Positions 10,779 to 21,688 of a stretch of 64,000 nt of DNA are shown here, in pieces. The notes under the pieces are model-generated. The model was given only the letters and a program-made list of their open reading frames with translations. It did no database searches and had not been told where the DNA came from. How positions within the stretch are numbered: the stretch's first letter is position 1; the number at the start of each line of letters is the position of its first letter. The stretch lies in NCBI GenBank assembly GCA_963667565.1, contig OY763415.1:352001-416000 (forward strand), given 5' to 3'. The position numbers and the translations under genes were made by a program. This stretch comes from Acholeplasmataceae bacterium. GTDB lineage: Bacteria; Bacillota_I; Bacilli_A; Acholeplasmatales; Acholeplasmataceae.

Positions 10779-12227
10779 GTGATGAACATGGATCATGTAG
10801 ATGTAGAAAAATACTTTAAACCTGATTTAAAGAAAGCAAGAAAAAGAACAAAAGATACAATTGAAGAATTAAGATTTCAACTTGGTGATGCTCATGAGAA
10901 AATTGGGCTTCATAAAACATATCAAATTCATACATATGGATGTCAAGGAAATGAAGCTGACAGTGAAACAATGGCTGGTATTTTAGAACTTATGGGTTTT
11001 AAAAAGACGGATGTTGAATCTGAAAGTGACGTCATTATCATCAATACGTGTGCCATTAGGGAAAACGCTGAAAATAGAATTTGGGGCGAACTTGGAAGAT
11101 TAAAAGCTTATAAGAGACAAAATCCAGATCTTATTTTAGGTTTAGCAGGTTGTATGGCACAACAAGAGAATGTTGTTGAAAGAATATTAAAAACATATCA
11201 ACATGTTGATATTGTTTTTGGTACACATAATATTCACAAGCTTCCTGAATATATTGAAACAGCGATGTTTTCTAAAGAAAGAGTCATTGAAGTGTTTTCT
11301 AAAGAAGGCGAGATTGTTGAAAATTTACCTAAAACGAGAAATCATAAATTTAAAGCATGGGTTAATATCATGTTTGGTTGTGATGAATTTTGTACATATT
11401 GCATCGTTCCTTACACAAGAGGAAAAGAACGATCTAGATCTAAAGATGAAATTCTTGATGAAGTTAAGTCGCTAGTTGAACAAGGTTATGTTGAAGTTAC
11501 ATTACTTGGTCAAAATGTTAATGCATATGGAAAAGATGTTAATGATGGAGCATATACATTTGGTGACTTATTAAGAGATTTAAATGAAACAGGTATTAAA
11601 CGTATAAGATTCACGACATCTCATCCTCATGATTTAGATTTAAAGACCATGGAAGCGATGAGAGACTGTAGTCATGTGATGCCATTTTTCCATCTTCCAG
11701 TACAATCGGGATCCAATCCTGTCTTAAAGAAGATGAATAGACATTATACAAAGGAATCTTATTTAAGTAAATTAAAGGAACTAAAATCATTAGTACCAGG
11801 TATTAGTGTAACAACAGATATTATCGTTGGCTTCCCAGGAGAGACTGAAGAAGATTTTATTGAAACGCTAGATTTAGTGGATCAAGCTGATTTTGAAGGT
11901 GCGTTTACATTTGTGTTCTCAAAACGTGCAGGTACACCTGCAGCAACATTTGATGATCCAACACCTGAAGAAGAGAAGAAACAAAGATTATATCGACTCA
12001 ATGAAAAAATCAATGCTGGTTATTTAAGAGGTAATTTGAGATTTGTTGATCAAGTGGTTGAAGTTTTAGTCGATGGTGTCTCAAAAAATGATGATACTGT
12101 TTTAGCTGGATATAGTGAACATAATAAATTGATTAATTTTAAAGGTGATCAATCACTGATTGGTCAAATCGTCAAAGTACGTGTAACCAAAGCTAAAACA
12201 TGGTTCTTAATGGGAGAACTTATATGA
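10779..12227 (+). CDS. miaB: tRNA-2-methylthio-N6-dimethylallyladenosine synthase
   Basis: TYGCQ.N, NTCAIRENAE, CDEFCTYC radical-SAM motif, C-terminal TRAM. Confidence 0.96.
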   Translation: MMNMDHVDVEKYFKPDLKKARKRTKDTIEELRFQLGDAHEKIGLHKTYQIHTYGCQGNEADSETMAGILELMGFKKTDVESESDVIIINTCAIRENAENRIWGELGRLKAYKRQNPDLILGLAGCMAQQENVVERILKTYQHVDIVFGTHNIHKLPEYIETAMFSKERVIEVFSKEGEIVENLPKTRNHKFKAWVNIMFGCDEFCTYCIVPYTRGKERSRSKDEILDEVKSLVEQGYVEVTLLGQNVNAYGKDVNDGAYTFGDLLRDLNETGIKRIRFTTSHPHDLDLKTMEAMRDCSHVMPFFHLPVQSGSNPVLKKMNRHYTKESYLSKLKELKSLVPGISVTTDIIVGFPGETEEDFIETLDLVDQADFEGAFTFVFSKRAGTPAATFDDPTPEEEKKQRLYRLNEKINAGYLRGNLRFVDQVVEVLVDGVSKNDDTVLAGYSEHNKLINFKGDQSLIGQIVKVRVTKAKTWFLMGELI

Positions 12228-12559
12228 GTGAAAAAGAAAACTTACTCAAATTAATAGAAGAAAATGAGTCAGTTCAAAGATATAAACAAATCGAAAAAGT
12301 CATTAATAAAGATAAGACTTTAAAACTAAAAATTAATCAATTGAAGTCTGTTCAAAAGCAATTAATTAACGCAAAAGAAATCAATAAAACACAAGCGATT
12401 AAAAAGTTTCAAGAAGAACATGACCAATTGCTTGAAGAAATTGAATCGTTTCCTTTAATGGCTGAATATTTAGAATTACAAGATGAAATTAATCAAATGT
12501 TAAAGACGGTTGTAGAAATTATCGAAAATCGTATTAACAAAGAAATCGAAAATTCGTGA
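12224..12559 (+). CDS. RicA/YmcA (YlbF-family) regulator
   Basis: Helical ~110 aa with IES.PL..EY..LQDEIN; directly follows miaB like B. subtilis ymcA. Confidence 0.75.
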   Translation: MSEKENLLKLIEENESVQRYKQIEKVINKDKTLKLKINQLKSVQKQLINAKEINKTQAIKKFQEEHDQLLEEIESFPLMAEYLELQDEINQMLKTVVEIIENRINKEIENS

Positions 12560-12652
12560 AAAAAGCCTTTTAAAGCCAAAAAATGCAAAAATATTTGTAA
12601 TAATTATAAAATCATAGTAAAATGAAATTAAGAATTTCATAGGAGGGTTGTT

Positions 12653-14272
12653 ATGTCTAAGTTTTCAAGAGATACAGATGTTTTAGTGGGGAAAAAACAA
12701 TTGAAGGTAGAAGAAATATTAAAATCAATTATTTATTTACCTGCGCCAAAAGTTCTTGAATTTTTTAGCAGCATTGGGTTGACTGTTCCTCGTGAATTAA
12801 GAATTTTTGTTTTAAGAGAAAATCTAAGAGAAAAAGTTGCAGAAACAAGAAAGTCAAGATTGACATTAGCTGATGAATTAAACTATCGTCTATCATGGTT
12901 TACAGAGTTTACTGAAACACAATTAGAAAACCTTTTAATCTTTTTTAACGACCAAGTTGTTTTTAAAAAATATTTAGAAGATTTATGGACTGATCTACTA
13001 GGATATATGGTTGAAAAACAAGTCCCAAATTTTGACTTGGAAAAATTATATAACCAAGCACTAGATCATGTAAAAGCTAATAAATTAGTATTACCACAAA
13101 TTGCAGAATATAACTATGGTATCAAAGATTTGTTCTATGATAGTTTTGGTCGTATTGATGGTGTATCTCCTAATAAAATTCGTAACGTACTATATAAAAG
13201 TTCAACGCTTACTGAAATTAGAGATTTAGGACATAAGTTTGATGTTGATATTCCAAGAAGATTAAAGAAAAATGAACTTGCAGATATTATTGTTAAAGAA
13301 CTTAAAGATAATGGATCATATACTGAAGATCTTGAAAAACAAGTAAGATCAATGTCTGTTATTGTGATGCAAAGATTTGCGATTGATCACAATATTAAAG
13401 CTTCTACTGAACTTAAAAAAGAAGAAGTTATTGAATATATATTAAAAAATGCAAAAGAAACGAAAGAAACTTATTTTGTTCCAAATTCAAGAGACGTTTA
13501 TGAAAAAGAAATGAACCAAACTGAAGAAGAACAACCTAAGGAAGAACCAAAAGTAGAAGAGAAAATTGCTGAAGAAGTTAGTGAAGTAAGTGAAGATCAA
13601 GTCGCAATTATTATCGAAGAAGAAAAAGAACCTGAAATTGTGGTTGAAGATGAACCTCAAGTTGATGAAGAGGTATCTTTTGTTGAAACTAAAGTTGTTG
13701 AAGTAAGTGAAAAGACACCTAAAGTTGAATATGTTCAATCAAATCTAAACTTTGATGCATTAGTTGATGAAGTTAAAAAATTAAGAGTTGCAGTTGAAAA
13801 TTTTGAAATCAAGGCAACAAAAGAAGACCATATGTTTGAAGTTGTTGATGAAGAAGAAAAAACAACAGATGGCACGCCTAAAGTTGAAGTCATTAATACA
13901 GCTGAGTACTATGGTACTGATAAAGCATATAAACAATTAGTAAAAACAGATGAAAATCTTGAAAGAGAACTTTTCGTTGAAAAACATAAAGTAGAAAAGC
14001 AAAAAGAATCAGAAAGCAATGTTAAAAAAGAAATACCAGCGGAATTAAGAGTCACTGGAAAAGTCCTTAAATTCTTATTAAAATTCTTAGGTATCGTTCT
14101 TGCAATTGCACTTGTTTTACTACTTATCTATTCTGCTTTAGATTTCTTTATTCAATGGACAGCATTTGATAGTATCACTTCTTCAATTAACCAAGTGAAA
14201 TTATTTGGCAATGGTGCGATTGAATGGTTATTTAAATTCTGGGATCTATTCTTTACTCAAAACACAAACTAA
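12653..14272 (+). CDS. Hypothetical protein with three HeH/SAP-like repeats, acidic linker and C-terminal membrane anchor
   Basis: Long ORF with AGGAGG RBS; repeats near aa 29-58, 184-214 and 234-264; E-rich middle; hydrophobic segment near the C-terminus. Confidence 0.8.
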   Translation: MSKFSRDTDVLVGKKQLKVEEILKSIIYLPAPKVLEFFSSIGLTVPRELRIFVLRENLREKVAETRKSRLTLADELNYRLSWFTEFTETQLENLLIFFNDQVVFKKYLEDLWTDLLGYMVEKQVPNFDLEKLYNQALDHVKANKLVLPQIAEYNYGIKDLFYDSFGRIDGVSPNKIRNVLYKSSTLTEIRDLGHKFDVDIPRRLKKNELADIIVKELKDNGSYTEDLEKQVRSMSVIVMQRFAIDHNIKASTELKKEEVIEYILKNAKETKETYFVPNSRDVYEKEMNQTEEEQPKEEPKVEEKIAEEVSEVSEDQVAIIIEEEKEPEIVVEDEPQVDEEVSFVETKVVEVSEKTPKVEYVQSNLNFDALVDEVKKLRVAVENFEIKATKEDHMFEVVDEEEKTTDGTPKVEVINTAEYYGTDKAYKQLVKTDENLERELFVEKHKVEKQKESESNVKKEIPAELRVTGKVLKFLLKFLGIVLAIALVLLLIYSALDFFIQWTAFDSITSSINQVKLFGNGAIEWLFKFWDLFFTQNTN

Positions 14273-14292
14273 TTTAGAAAAAGGGGGCAACT

Positions 14293-16812
14293 ATGGATAA
14301 GCAAAATTACACCCCAATGATGCAACAATACTTAAAAATTAAAGAAGACTACGCTGATGCGTTGGTCTTTTTTAGATTAGGTGATTTCTATGAAATGTTT
14401 TTTGATGATGCTATTTTAGCATCAAAAGTATTAGAAATTGCATTGACATCAAGGGATGCCGGAGAAAAAGTACCCATGTGTGGCGTACCTTTTCATTCTG
14501 TAAAACCATACATTCAAAAATTAATTGAAAAAGGATTTAAAATTGCCATTGTTGAACAAGTCAGTGAACCAGGTAAAGGATTAGTCGAAAGAAAAGTTGT
14601 TAGATTGATTACACCAGGCACTGTATTTGAAGATGGTATTTTAGATGCTGATAGTCATAATTTTATAGGTAACGTTGTTTTAACTGAAAAAGGATATGCA
14701 CTCACCTATGTTGATATTTCAACAGGAGAAGCTTTTTTAACTGATGATTTAGAGAAATTTGAAGTGATTGATCTTATTTATGGATTAAAGATAAAAGAGA
14801 TTGTTTTACCTGACCATTTTGATCAAGTCTTTGTAGATACACTTAAATCTCACCAGATTCTTATCTCATATTTTAATCATTTTGATTTAAGTGAACAAAA
14901 ATATTTGCAAAACTTAGATCGTGATCAAAAACGAGCTGCATCACACTTGCTAAATTATTTAAATGACACACAAAAACAAAACATCATGCATTTGATGGCT
15001 TTTGAAGTTGTTAAAAAAGTTGGTCATATGCACGTAGATTATCGTGTCAAAAAACATTTAGAAATTCAAGAATCACTTGTAAATCAAGATCAGACCACAT
15101 TAATTCATTGGATGAATCACTGCCATACAGCAATGGGCTCAAGATATTTAAAACATATGTTTAATCAACCGCTCTATGATTTAAATCAATTGAATGAAAG
15201 ATATGATTTGATAGATGCTTTTAGCTTATATTTGCCAAGACAACAAGTGATAGAAAGTTTAAAATATATTTATGATATCAATCGAATTGTCGGTAGAGTT
15301 GCATTTAAGAGCGTTAACGCTAGAGATTTATATCAATTAAAAGAGACGCTTAAACAAGTACCTACCTTAAAGGAAAGTTTAAAACTATATCAAAAAGATG
15401 CCATTAATCAATTGATTAATGACATGGATAGCCATGAAGCATTGTGTACATATTTAGAATCATCAATTATCGATGAACCACCGCTTACAGTTAAAGAAGG
15501 TGGCATGATCAAAGAAGGATTTAATGTAGAACTTGATGAACTCAGACATATCAATGATAAAGCCCAATCTTGGTTAGAACAATTCGAGATTGAAGAACGT
15601 GAAAGAACAGGTATTAAAACGCTAAAAGTTGGTTATAATCGTGTGTTTGGTTATTTTATTGAAGTTTCAAAAGGTCAGACACAATTTGTTGATCCAAGTT
15701 TTGGATATGAACGTAAACAAACACTTACCAATAGTGAACGATATATTTCACCTATCTTAAAAGAAAAAGAAGATATGATCCTTCATGCTAAAGATAAAGC
15801 AATCAATTTGGAATATCAGTTGTTTACAGATATTAGAGCCTATGTGGAAACATTTGCTCAATCACTACAAATCTTATCAACATTGATTGCTAAAGTGGAT
15901 GTCTTTTTAAATTTAGCAACACTTGCTGAAAAATATCGACTTATAAGACCAACATTAACAGAAGATAGACATGTAGAAATATTAAAGGGTAGACATTTAG
16001 TGGTTGAGCAATTTACGAAATTTATAGAAAATGATATTGTGATGGATGAAGGAGAAATCTTTTTAATCACAGGTCCTAATATGAGTGGTAAATCAACTTA
16101 TATGCGTATGTTTGCACTTATTGTTTATATGGCTCAATGTGGCTCATTTGTGCCAGCAGAATCAGCGAAACTTCCGCTTTATGACGCACTTTTTACTAGA
16201 ATTGGATCAAGTGATGACTTAAGTGGTGGTAAATCAACTTTTATGGTAGAAATGGTTGAATCAAATGAAGCACTCACAAGAGCAACCAATAAGTCTTTAA
16301 TCTTATTTGATGAAATTGGAAGAGGGACAGCAACTTATGATGGTATGGCACTTGCGCAAGGAATGATTGAATATATACACGAGAAAATTGGTGCACAAAC
16401 ATTATTTTCTACGCATTATCATGAGCTTACGTTTTTAGAACAAACCCTACATAGATTAACAAATTTATGTGTTAGAGCTAAAGAAGAAAAAGATACAATG
16501 GTTTTTCTACACCATGTAGAAAAAGGAACGACTGATAAATCATATGGTATTCAAGTTGCCAGTCTTGCACATTTACCACAAGTATTAATTAAGCGAAGTC
16601 AAGATATTTTAGTGCAATTAGAACAAAAAGAGAAAAAAGTTGTTCTTGATTTGTTTAACTATGATGAATATCAAGCATCACTTGAACAAACAACAAGTCA
16701 AGAAGAATTAAGCGTATTAAAAGAAATCGAGTCATTAAACACTGATCAAATCACGCCACTTGATGCACTTTTACTACTCAAGCATTTACAGTCTAATTTA
16801 AAGAAAAAATAG
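14293..16812 (+). CDS. mutS: DNA mismatch repair protein MutS
   Basis: TPMMQQY, FRLGDFYEMF, TGPNMSGKST, DEIGRG. Confidence 0.98.
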   Translation: MDKQNYTPMMQQYLKIKEDYADALVFFRLGDFYEMFFDDAILASKVLEIALTSRDAGEKVPMCGVPFHSVKPYIQKLIEKGFKIAIVEQVSEPGKGLVERKVVRLITPGTVFEDGILDADSHNFIGNVVLTEKGYALTYVDISTGEAFLTDDLEKFEVIDLIYGLKIKEIVLPDHFDQVFVDTLKSHQILISYFNHFDLSEQKYLQNLDRDQKRAASHLLNYLNDTQKQNIMHLMAFEVVKKVGHMHVDYRVKKHLEIQESLVNQDQTTLIHWMNHCHTAMGSRYLKHMFNQPLYDLNQLNERYDLIDAFSLYLPRQQVIESLKYIYDINRIVGRVAFKSVNARDLYQLKETLKQVPTLKESLKLYQKDAINQLINDMDSHEALCTYLESSIIDEPPLTVKEGGMIKEGFNVELDELRHINDKAQSWLEQFEIEERERTGIKTLKVGYNRVFGYFIEVSKGQTQFVDPSFGYERKQTLTNSERYISPILKEKEDMILHAKDKAINLEYQLFTDIRAYVETFAQSLQILSTLIAKVDVFLNLATLAEKYRLIRPTLTEDRHVEILKGRHLVVEQFTKFIENDIVMDEGEIFLITGPNMSGKSTYMRMFALIVYMAQCGSFVPAESAKLPLYDALFTRIGSSDDLSGGKSTFMVEMVESNEALTRATNKSLILFDEIGRGTATYDGMALAQGMIEYIHEKIGAQTLFSTHYHELTFLEQTLHRLTNLCVRAKEEKDTMVFLHHVEKGTTDKSYGIQVASLAHLPQVLIKRSQDILVQLEQKEKKVVLDLFNYDEYQASLEQTTSQEELSVLKEIESLNTDQITPLDALLLLKHLQSNLKKK

Positions 16813-16820
16813 GTGAAAAT

Positions 16821-18509
16821 ATGTCTTTGATTCAAAAAATGGATCATAAACTTTCGAATATGATAGCAGCTGGTGAAGTTGTTGAAAGACCAAGTTCAGT
16901 CATTAAAGAATTGGTCGAAAATTCACTTGATGCGCAAGCAACTAAAATCACGATTAAAGTGACTGGTTTTGGCATGGAAAATATGACAGTCATCGATAAT
17001 GGTATCGGCATGGATCATATAGATGCTAAGCTTGCTTTTGAAAGATATGCAACATCTAAAATTAAATCAGAGACTGACTTATCTCACATTCATACACTTG
17101 GATTTAGAGGAGAAGCACTTGCTGCAATCAGCGCAGTCTCTAAAGTGATACTACGTACAAAAACAAAAGATTCCACAGGTATTAAAGTCATATATGAAGG
17201 TGGACATTTTGTAAGTATCCAAGAAGAGGGTATGAATCAAGGGACACATATTGAAGTGTCTAACTTGTTTTATAATACACCAGCACGATTTAAATATATT
17301 AAATCTGAATATAGTGAAAAATATGCCATTATCGATATATTTGACAGATTAGCACTTGCAAATCCGAATGTTTATATGCAACTATATTTTGATGATAAAT
17401 TATATAAAGAAACTTATGGCCAAAATGATTTTTATCAACTTATTGATCAAATCTATGGTAAACAAATGACCAAAGGTATGATCATTCATAAGCATCAGTT
17501 TCAACATATAAGTATGAAGTTATATTTATTATCTCCAAATATTGTGAGATCAAAGAAGAAAGATATATCCATATTTATTAATCAAAGATATATAAAAAAC
17601 TATCGTTTAACACAAGCAGTTATTGATGGATATCATTCATTTTTAATGGTTGGAAAGTTTCCGATTGCAGCCATTGATATTGAAATGGATCCTAGTTTAT
17701 TAGATGTTAACGTTCATCCTCAAAAATATGAAGTAAAGTTTGTTAATGAAACTTTATTAGCTTTTGAATTGGAACAAACCATTAAAAAAGCTTTAGAACA
17801 AAGCGCACATCCCATTCAAGAAAATTTAGCGTCAGTTAAAAAAGAATTCAAACAAGAGTCTTTTACGAGATCTTCATTTGAACTTTTTGAAGAGCCAACA
17901 GTTGATCATTTTATGAATGAAGTTGAAGATCAGAGTCAAAAACTACCATATCTTGAATATATTGGTATTTTTGCAGGTACATATATTCTATTTCAAAATG
18001 ACCAAGGTCTTTATTTAATGGATCAACATGCTGCTGCAGAACGCATTAGATATGAATATTACTATGAAGCATTAGGTCATCCAAATTTCGCGATTAAAGA
18101 AAGACTTATTCCATATGAATTAAATCTTTCTAATGATGAAATCATACAATTATTAAGGTTTGAAGATCAACTTAAATCATATGGTTTTACATTTCATGAT
18201 CAAAAATTAATTGGAAGTCCAACATGGTTAAGAGAAGATGAGATTGATCAAGCGATTGAATCAATGTTTCATATGCTTATAGAAAATCAAAAGATTGAAT
18301 TAAATAAATTAAGAGATGATTTAGCCAAAGATGTCAGCTGTAAAGGTGCCATTAAAGCAAATCATTACATTACACCTAAAGAAGTGATGACGATTTTAAA
18401 ATCACTTAATGCATGTAAAAATCCATATACATGTCCTCATGGTAGACCAACGATGATTAAATTATCACACTATGAAATTGAACGCATGTTCAAACGTATC
18501 GTATCATGA
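16821..18509 (+). CDS. mutL: DNA mismatch repair protein MutL
   Basis: IAAGEVVERP, GFRGEAL, DQHAAAERI, CPHGRP. Confidence 0.98.
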   Translation: MSLIQKMDHKLSNMIAAGEVVERPSSVIKELVENSLDAQATKITIKVTGFGMENMTVIDNGIGMDHIDAKLAFERYATSKIKSETDLSHIHTLGFRGEALAAISAVSKVILRTKTKDSTGIKVIYEGGHFVSIQEEGMNQGTHIEVSNLFYNTPARFKYIKSEYSEKYAIIDIFDRLALANPNVYMQLYFDDKLYKETYGQNDFYQLIDQIYGKQMTKGMIIHKHQFQHISMKLYLLSPNIVRSKKKDISIFINQRYIKNYRLTQAVIDGYHSFLMVGKFPIAAIDIEMDPSLLDVNVHPQKYEVKFVNETLLAFELEQTIKKALEQSAHPIQENLASVKKEFKQESFTRSSFELFEEPTVDHFMNEVEDQSQKLPYLEYIGIFAGTYILFQNDQGLYLMDQHAAAERIRYEYYYEALGHPNFAIKERLIPYELNLSNDEIIQLLRFEDQLKSYGFTFHDQKLIGSPTWLREDEIDQAIESMFHMLIENQKIELNKLRDDLAKDVSCKGAIKANHYITPKEVMTILKSLNACKNPYTCPHGRPTMIKLSHYEIERMFKRIVS

Positions 18510-19375
18510 AAAAAGTATGTGTGATTGTTGGACCTACCGCGTCTGGGAAAACTAAATTATCGATTGAACTTGCTAAAGCGTATGACATGGAAATTATCAA
18601 TGGTGATTCAGTACAAGTCTATCAAAGACTTGATATTGGATCTGCAAAGATTAAAGACCATGAAAAAGAAGGTATTAAACATTATTTAATCGATCACATC
18701 GATCCTAGAAAACAGTATTCAGTTTACGATTTTCAACAAGATGTTAGACTTGCAATTGAAAAGATTGATTTTCCACTGATTGTAGGTGGCACAGGTTTAT
18801 ATATAAAAGCAGCTTTATATGATTATGAATTTGAAGAGATGGGTCGAGATGACACATTTGAGCACATCTATCAAGATATGCCTACTGAAATGATATACCA
18901 AGAGTTAATTAAGTTAGATAAAGATATTGTCATTGATTCTAAAAATAGAAGACGTGTTTTAAGAGCTTTAGAACAAGCAAAATTAGGATATTTACGTTCA
19001 GAGAAAGACAAAAAAGATCAACTTTTATATGATGCTTTAATCATTTATTTAGATTTAGATCGAAAAACACTTGAAGAAAGACTGATTAAAAGATTAGATG
19101 ATATGATTGAAGAAGGGTTTATTGAAGAAGTAGCATCGTTACTTAAGGATGACATGAATAAAAATGTCATTGGATATCGAGAACTTGCTCAATATTTAAA
19201 AGGTGAACTTTCTTTAATTGAAGCTAAAGCTTTAATCATTAAAAAAAGTAAACAGTTAGCCAAAAAACAAAAGACATGGTTTAAAAATCAAATGCATCCA
19301 CATATCTTAGATGCACAAAGTCAAACATTATTAAGTGATTGCAAATCACTGATTGATGATTTTTTAAAGGAGTAA
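18506..19375 (+). CDS. miaA: tRNA dimethylallyltransferase
   Basis: GPTASGKT, DSVQVY, VGGTGLY. Confidence 0.96.
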   Translation: MKKVCVIVGPTASGKTKLSIELAKAYDMEIINGDSVQVYQRLDIGSAKIKDHEKEGIKHYLIDHIDPRKQYSVYDFQQDVRLAIEKIDFPLIVGGTGLYIKAALYDYEFEEMGRDDTFEHIYQDMPTEMIYQELIKLDKDIVIDSKNRRRVLRALEQAKLGYLRSEKDKKDQLLYDALIIYLDLDRKTLEERLIKRLDDMIEEGFIEEVASLLKDDMNKNVIGYRELAQYLKGELSLIEAKALIIKKSKQLAKKQKTWFKNQMHPHILDAQSQTLLSDCKSLIDDFLKE

Positions 19376-19378
19376 CAG

Positions 19379-19873
19379 ATGAAAATATTTTTAATAGGGA
19401 TGCCAGGATCTGGAAAAACAACGATAGCACTAAAACTAGCTCAAGCACTTGATTATCGTTATGTTGATCTAGATGGTATGGTCGAAAAAAAAGCACTCAT
19501 GTTCATTGAAGAAATCTTTGAGCGCTACGGTGAAAAAACATTTAGAGATCTTGAGAGTGAAGCTCTCATCAACTTAGAACATGATGATCATGTTGTCGTT
19601 GCTTGTGGTGGAGGTATCGTCACTAAAAAATCAAATAAAGCATTAATGAATGGTCTTAAAATCTATTTAGATACTGATATTGAAATCATTTCAAAAAGAT
19701 TGGAAACAGATTATCAACGACCACTCTTAAAAGAAAAAACACTTGAACAATTGTTTGATGAAAGATATTTAAAATACCAAGATTTTGCTGATGCGGTAGT
19801 ATCTAATAATTATGATATTGACCAAACCGTTAAAGTATTATTAAATTATATAAAGAATGAGGAATACAAATGA
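19379..19873 (+). CDS. aroK: Shikimate kinase
   Basis: GMPGSGKT, GEKTFRDLE, GGG, RPLL. Confidence 0.92.
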   Translation: MKIFLIGMPGSGKTTIALKLAQALDYRYVDLDGMVEKKALMFIEEIFERYGEKTFRDLESEALINLEHDDHVVVACGGGIVTKKSNKALMNGLKIYLDTDIEIISKRLETDYQRPLLKEKTLEQLFDERYLKYQDFADAVVSNNYDIDQTVKVLLNYIKNEEYK

Positions 19874-20298
19874 ACTTATTAGTCATCCATGGACCTAATT
19901 TAAATATGTTAGGTTACAGAAAAGAAGAACATTATGGAAGAATGACACTTGAAGATTTATATGATACTTTAACTGATGAATTTCCATCCATTGAATTTAC
20001 TTTTTTTCAAAGTAACTATGAAGGTGAAATTATTGAAGTATTACAAGATACCTTTAATACACCATATGATGCTGTCTTAATTAACCCAGGTGCTTATACA
20101 CATACATCCATTGCAATAAGAGATGCACTTGAGATTGTAAAAATTCCTAAAGTTGAAGTTCATTTATCTGATATTGATAACAGAGAAGACTTTAGAAAAA
20201 TTGATTATATCAAAGATGTTGTATCCAAACGTTTTATGGGACATCAAATCGATAGTTATATTCAAGCAATTGCATACATTCTTGATATAGTTGCTTAA
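19870..20298 (+). CDS. aroQ: Type II 3-dehydroquinate dehydratase
   Basis: HGPNLNMLG.R, NPGAYTHTSIAIRDA, EVHLS. Confidence 0.95.
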   Translation: MNLLVIHGPNLNMLGYRKEEHYGRMTLEDLYDTLTDEFPSIEFTFFQSNYEGEIIEVLQDTFNTPYDAVLINPGAYTHTSIAIRDALEIVKIPKVEVHLSDIDNREDFRKIDYIKDVVSKRFMGHQIDSYIQAIAYILDIVA

Positions 20299-20352
20299 AA
20301 GATAAATTTCGTGTATAATAAACGCGGAAAAAAAGATGAGGAGATTTATAAG

Positions 20353-20916
20353 ATGATTAGTACAAACGAATTTAAAACTGGACAAACGATAAGTTTTGAT
20401 GGTAATATCTTTCAAGTCATCGAATTTATGCATGTTAAACCTGGAAAAGGTAGTGCGTTCGTTAGAACGAAACTAAGAAATTTAAGAAGCGGTGCCGTTA
20501 TTGATTATACATTTAATGCAGGAACAAAAGTAGAACGCGCACAAATCGATAAACTTTCTATGCAATACTTATACGCAAATGGTGATATGCATGTGTTCAT
20601 GAATAATGAATCATATGAACAAATTGAAATACCACAAGCTCAAATTGAGAACGAATTAAAATTCATTTATGAAAGTATGAATGTTGATGTCATGTTTTAT
20701 GATGGTAAAGAGATTTTAGGTGTTAACTTACCTGATAAAGTCACTTTAGAGGTTGTTGAAACTGTTCCTGGTGTAAAAGGCGACACAAAAACAAATGCTT
20801 TAAAAGATGCGATTATGCAAACTGGATTACTTGTTAAAGTTCCAATGTTCATTGAACAAGGTGAAAAAATCATCGTTAATACGAATGATGGTGCATACGT
20901 TTCAAGAGATAAATAA
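20353..20916 (+). CDS. efp: Elongation factor P
   Basis: [24 protein letters not shown] precedes ATG 20353. Confidence 0.97.
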   Translation: MISTNEFKTGQTISFDGNIFQVIEFMHVKPGKGSAFVRTKLRNLRSGAVIDYTFNAGTKVERAQIDKLSMQYLYANGDMHVFMNNESYEQIEIPQAQIENELKFIYESMNVDVMFYDGKEILGVNLPDKVTLEVVETVPGVKGDTKTNALKDAIMQTGLLVKVPMFIEQGEKIIVNTNDGAYVSRDK

Positions 20917-20919
20917 GAT

Positions 20920-20946
20920 AAAGCACTCTGTGAGAGTGCTTTTTTT
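20920..20946. terminator. Bidirectional intrinsic terminator
   Basis: AAAGCACTC-tgtga-GAGTGCTTTTTTT between convergent genes. Confidence 0.75.
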
Positions 20947-21688
20947 ATATATCGATGTTAATTGTAAATCCGAAATGTGAAGAAGTAACCACTTCTGCAT
21001 AACTGAAGAGTTCACCTAAGTCATCATAGTAATGATAAGATGTGAAATAAGAAGCAGTGCCTTCAAGCTCACCTAAGATACGTGCATCTTCTTTACTTAA
21101 ATTAATAATTTTAATGCGTCTTGTGGAGTTTGAATTTTCTAATTTAAAATATGTTTTATAAAAAGGAATAAAGAGCATATCATCTTTAAAGATATCTTTG
21201 AAATTAGGTATTCTTGTAAGTGATAAATACGTAGATGAAATAAAAATGGGTAATTGATCAACGTAAAATACGCGTTTAATTTCATAAATCTTTTCAGATG
21301 GATGATATTTTGATTTTTCAAAAAACTCAGGTTTAGGTTTGATTTCCTTTGCAGAGATGAGCGCATGATGTGCTTCTTTTTGAGTTTTTGAAATACTATC
21401 AAATAGTGATTCACTTAATGAAAATATATCATGATTGACCTGAAAATATGAAACTACGTATTGAAGTTCTATCTTTTTAATAAAATGATTATCAATTAAA
21501 ATTTGATATGCATTTAAAACTTCAAATGGATCAATACCTAAATGGTGTGCAAGTAATTGTGGTTCTGGTAAGATGGTATTATCTCGAAGTTCACCTGATG
21601 TGATTAAATCATATAGTGACATAGAAATTTGATCATATATAGGACTATTTGACCGTTTATCAATTTTGATATTATCCATGAGATTCAT
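20945..21688 (-). CDS. GntR-family (HutC/UTRA-type) regulator
   Basis: PIYDQI...LP N-terminal wHTH; ~247 aa with UTRA-like C-terminus. Confidence 0.8.
   Translation of the reverse strand: MNLMDNIKIDKRSNSPIYDQISMSLYDLITSGELRDNTILPEPQLLAHHLGIDPFEVLNAYQILIDNHFIKKIELQYVVSYFQVNHDIFSLSESLFDSISKTQKEAHHALISAKEIKPKPEFFEKSKYHPSEKIYEIKRVFYVDQLPIFISSTYLSLTRIPNFKDIFKDDMLFIPFYKTYFKLENSNSTRRIKIINLSKEDARILGELEGTASYFTSYHYYDDLGELFSYAEVVTSSHFGFTINIDI

Noticed and set aside
13500..14040. GAA-rich stretch as a DNA tandem repeat
   Set aside because: Explained by a Glu-rich protein linker; no fixed period.
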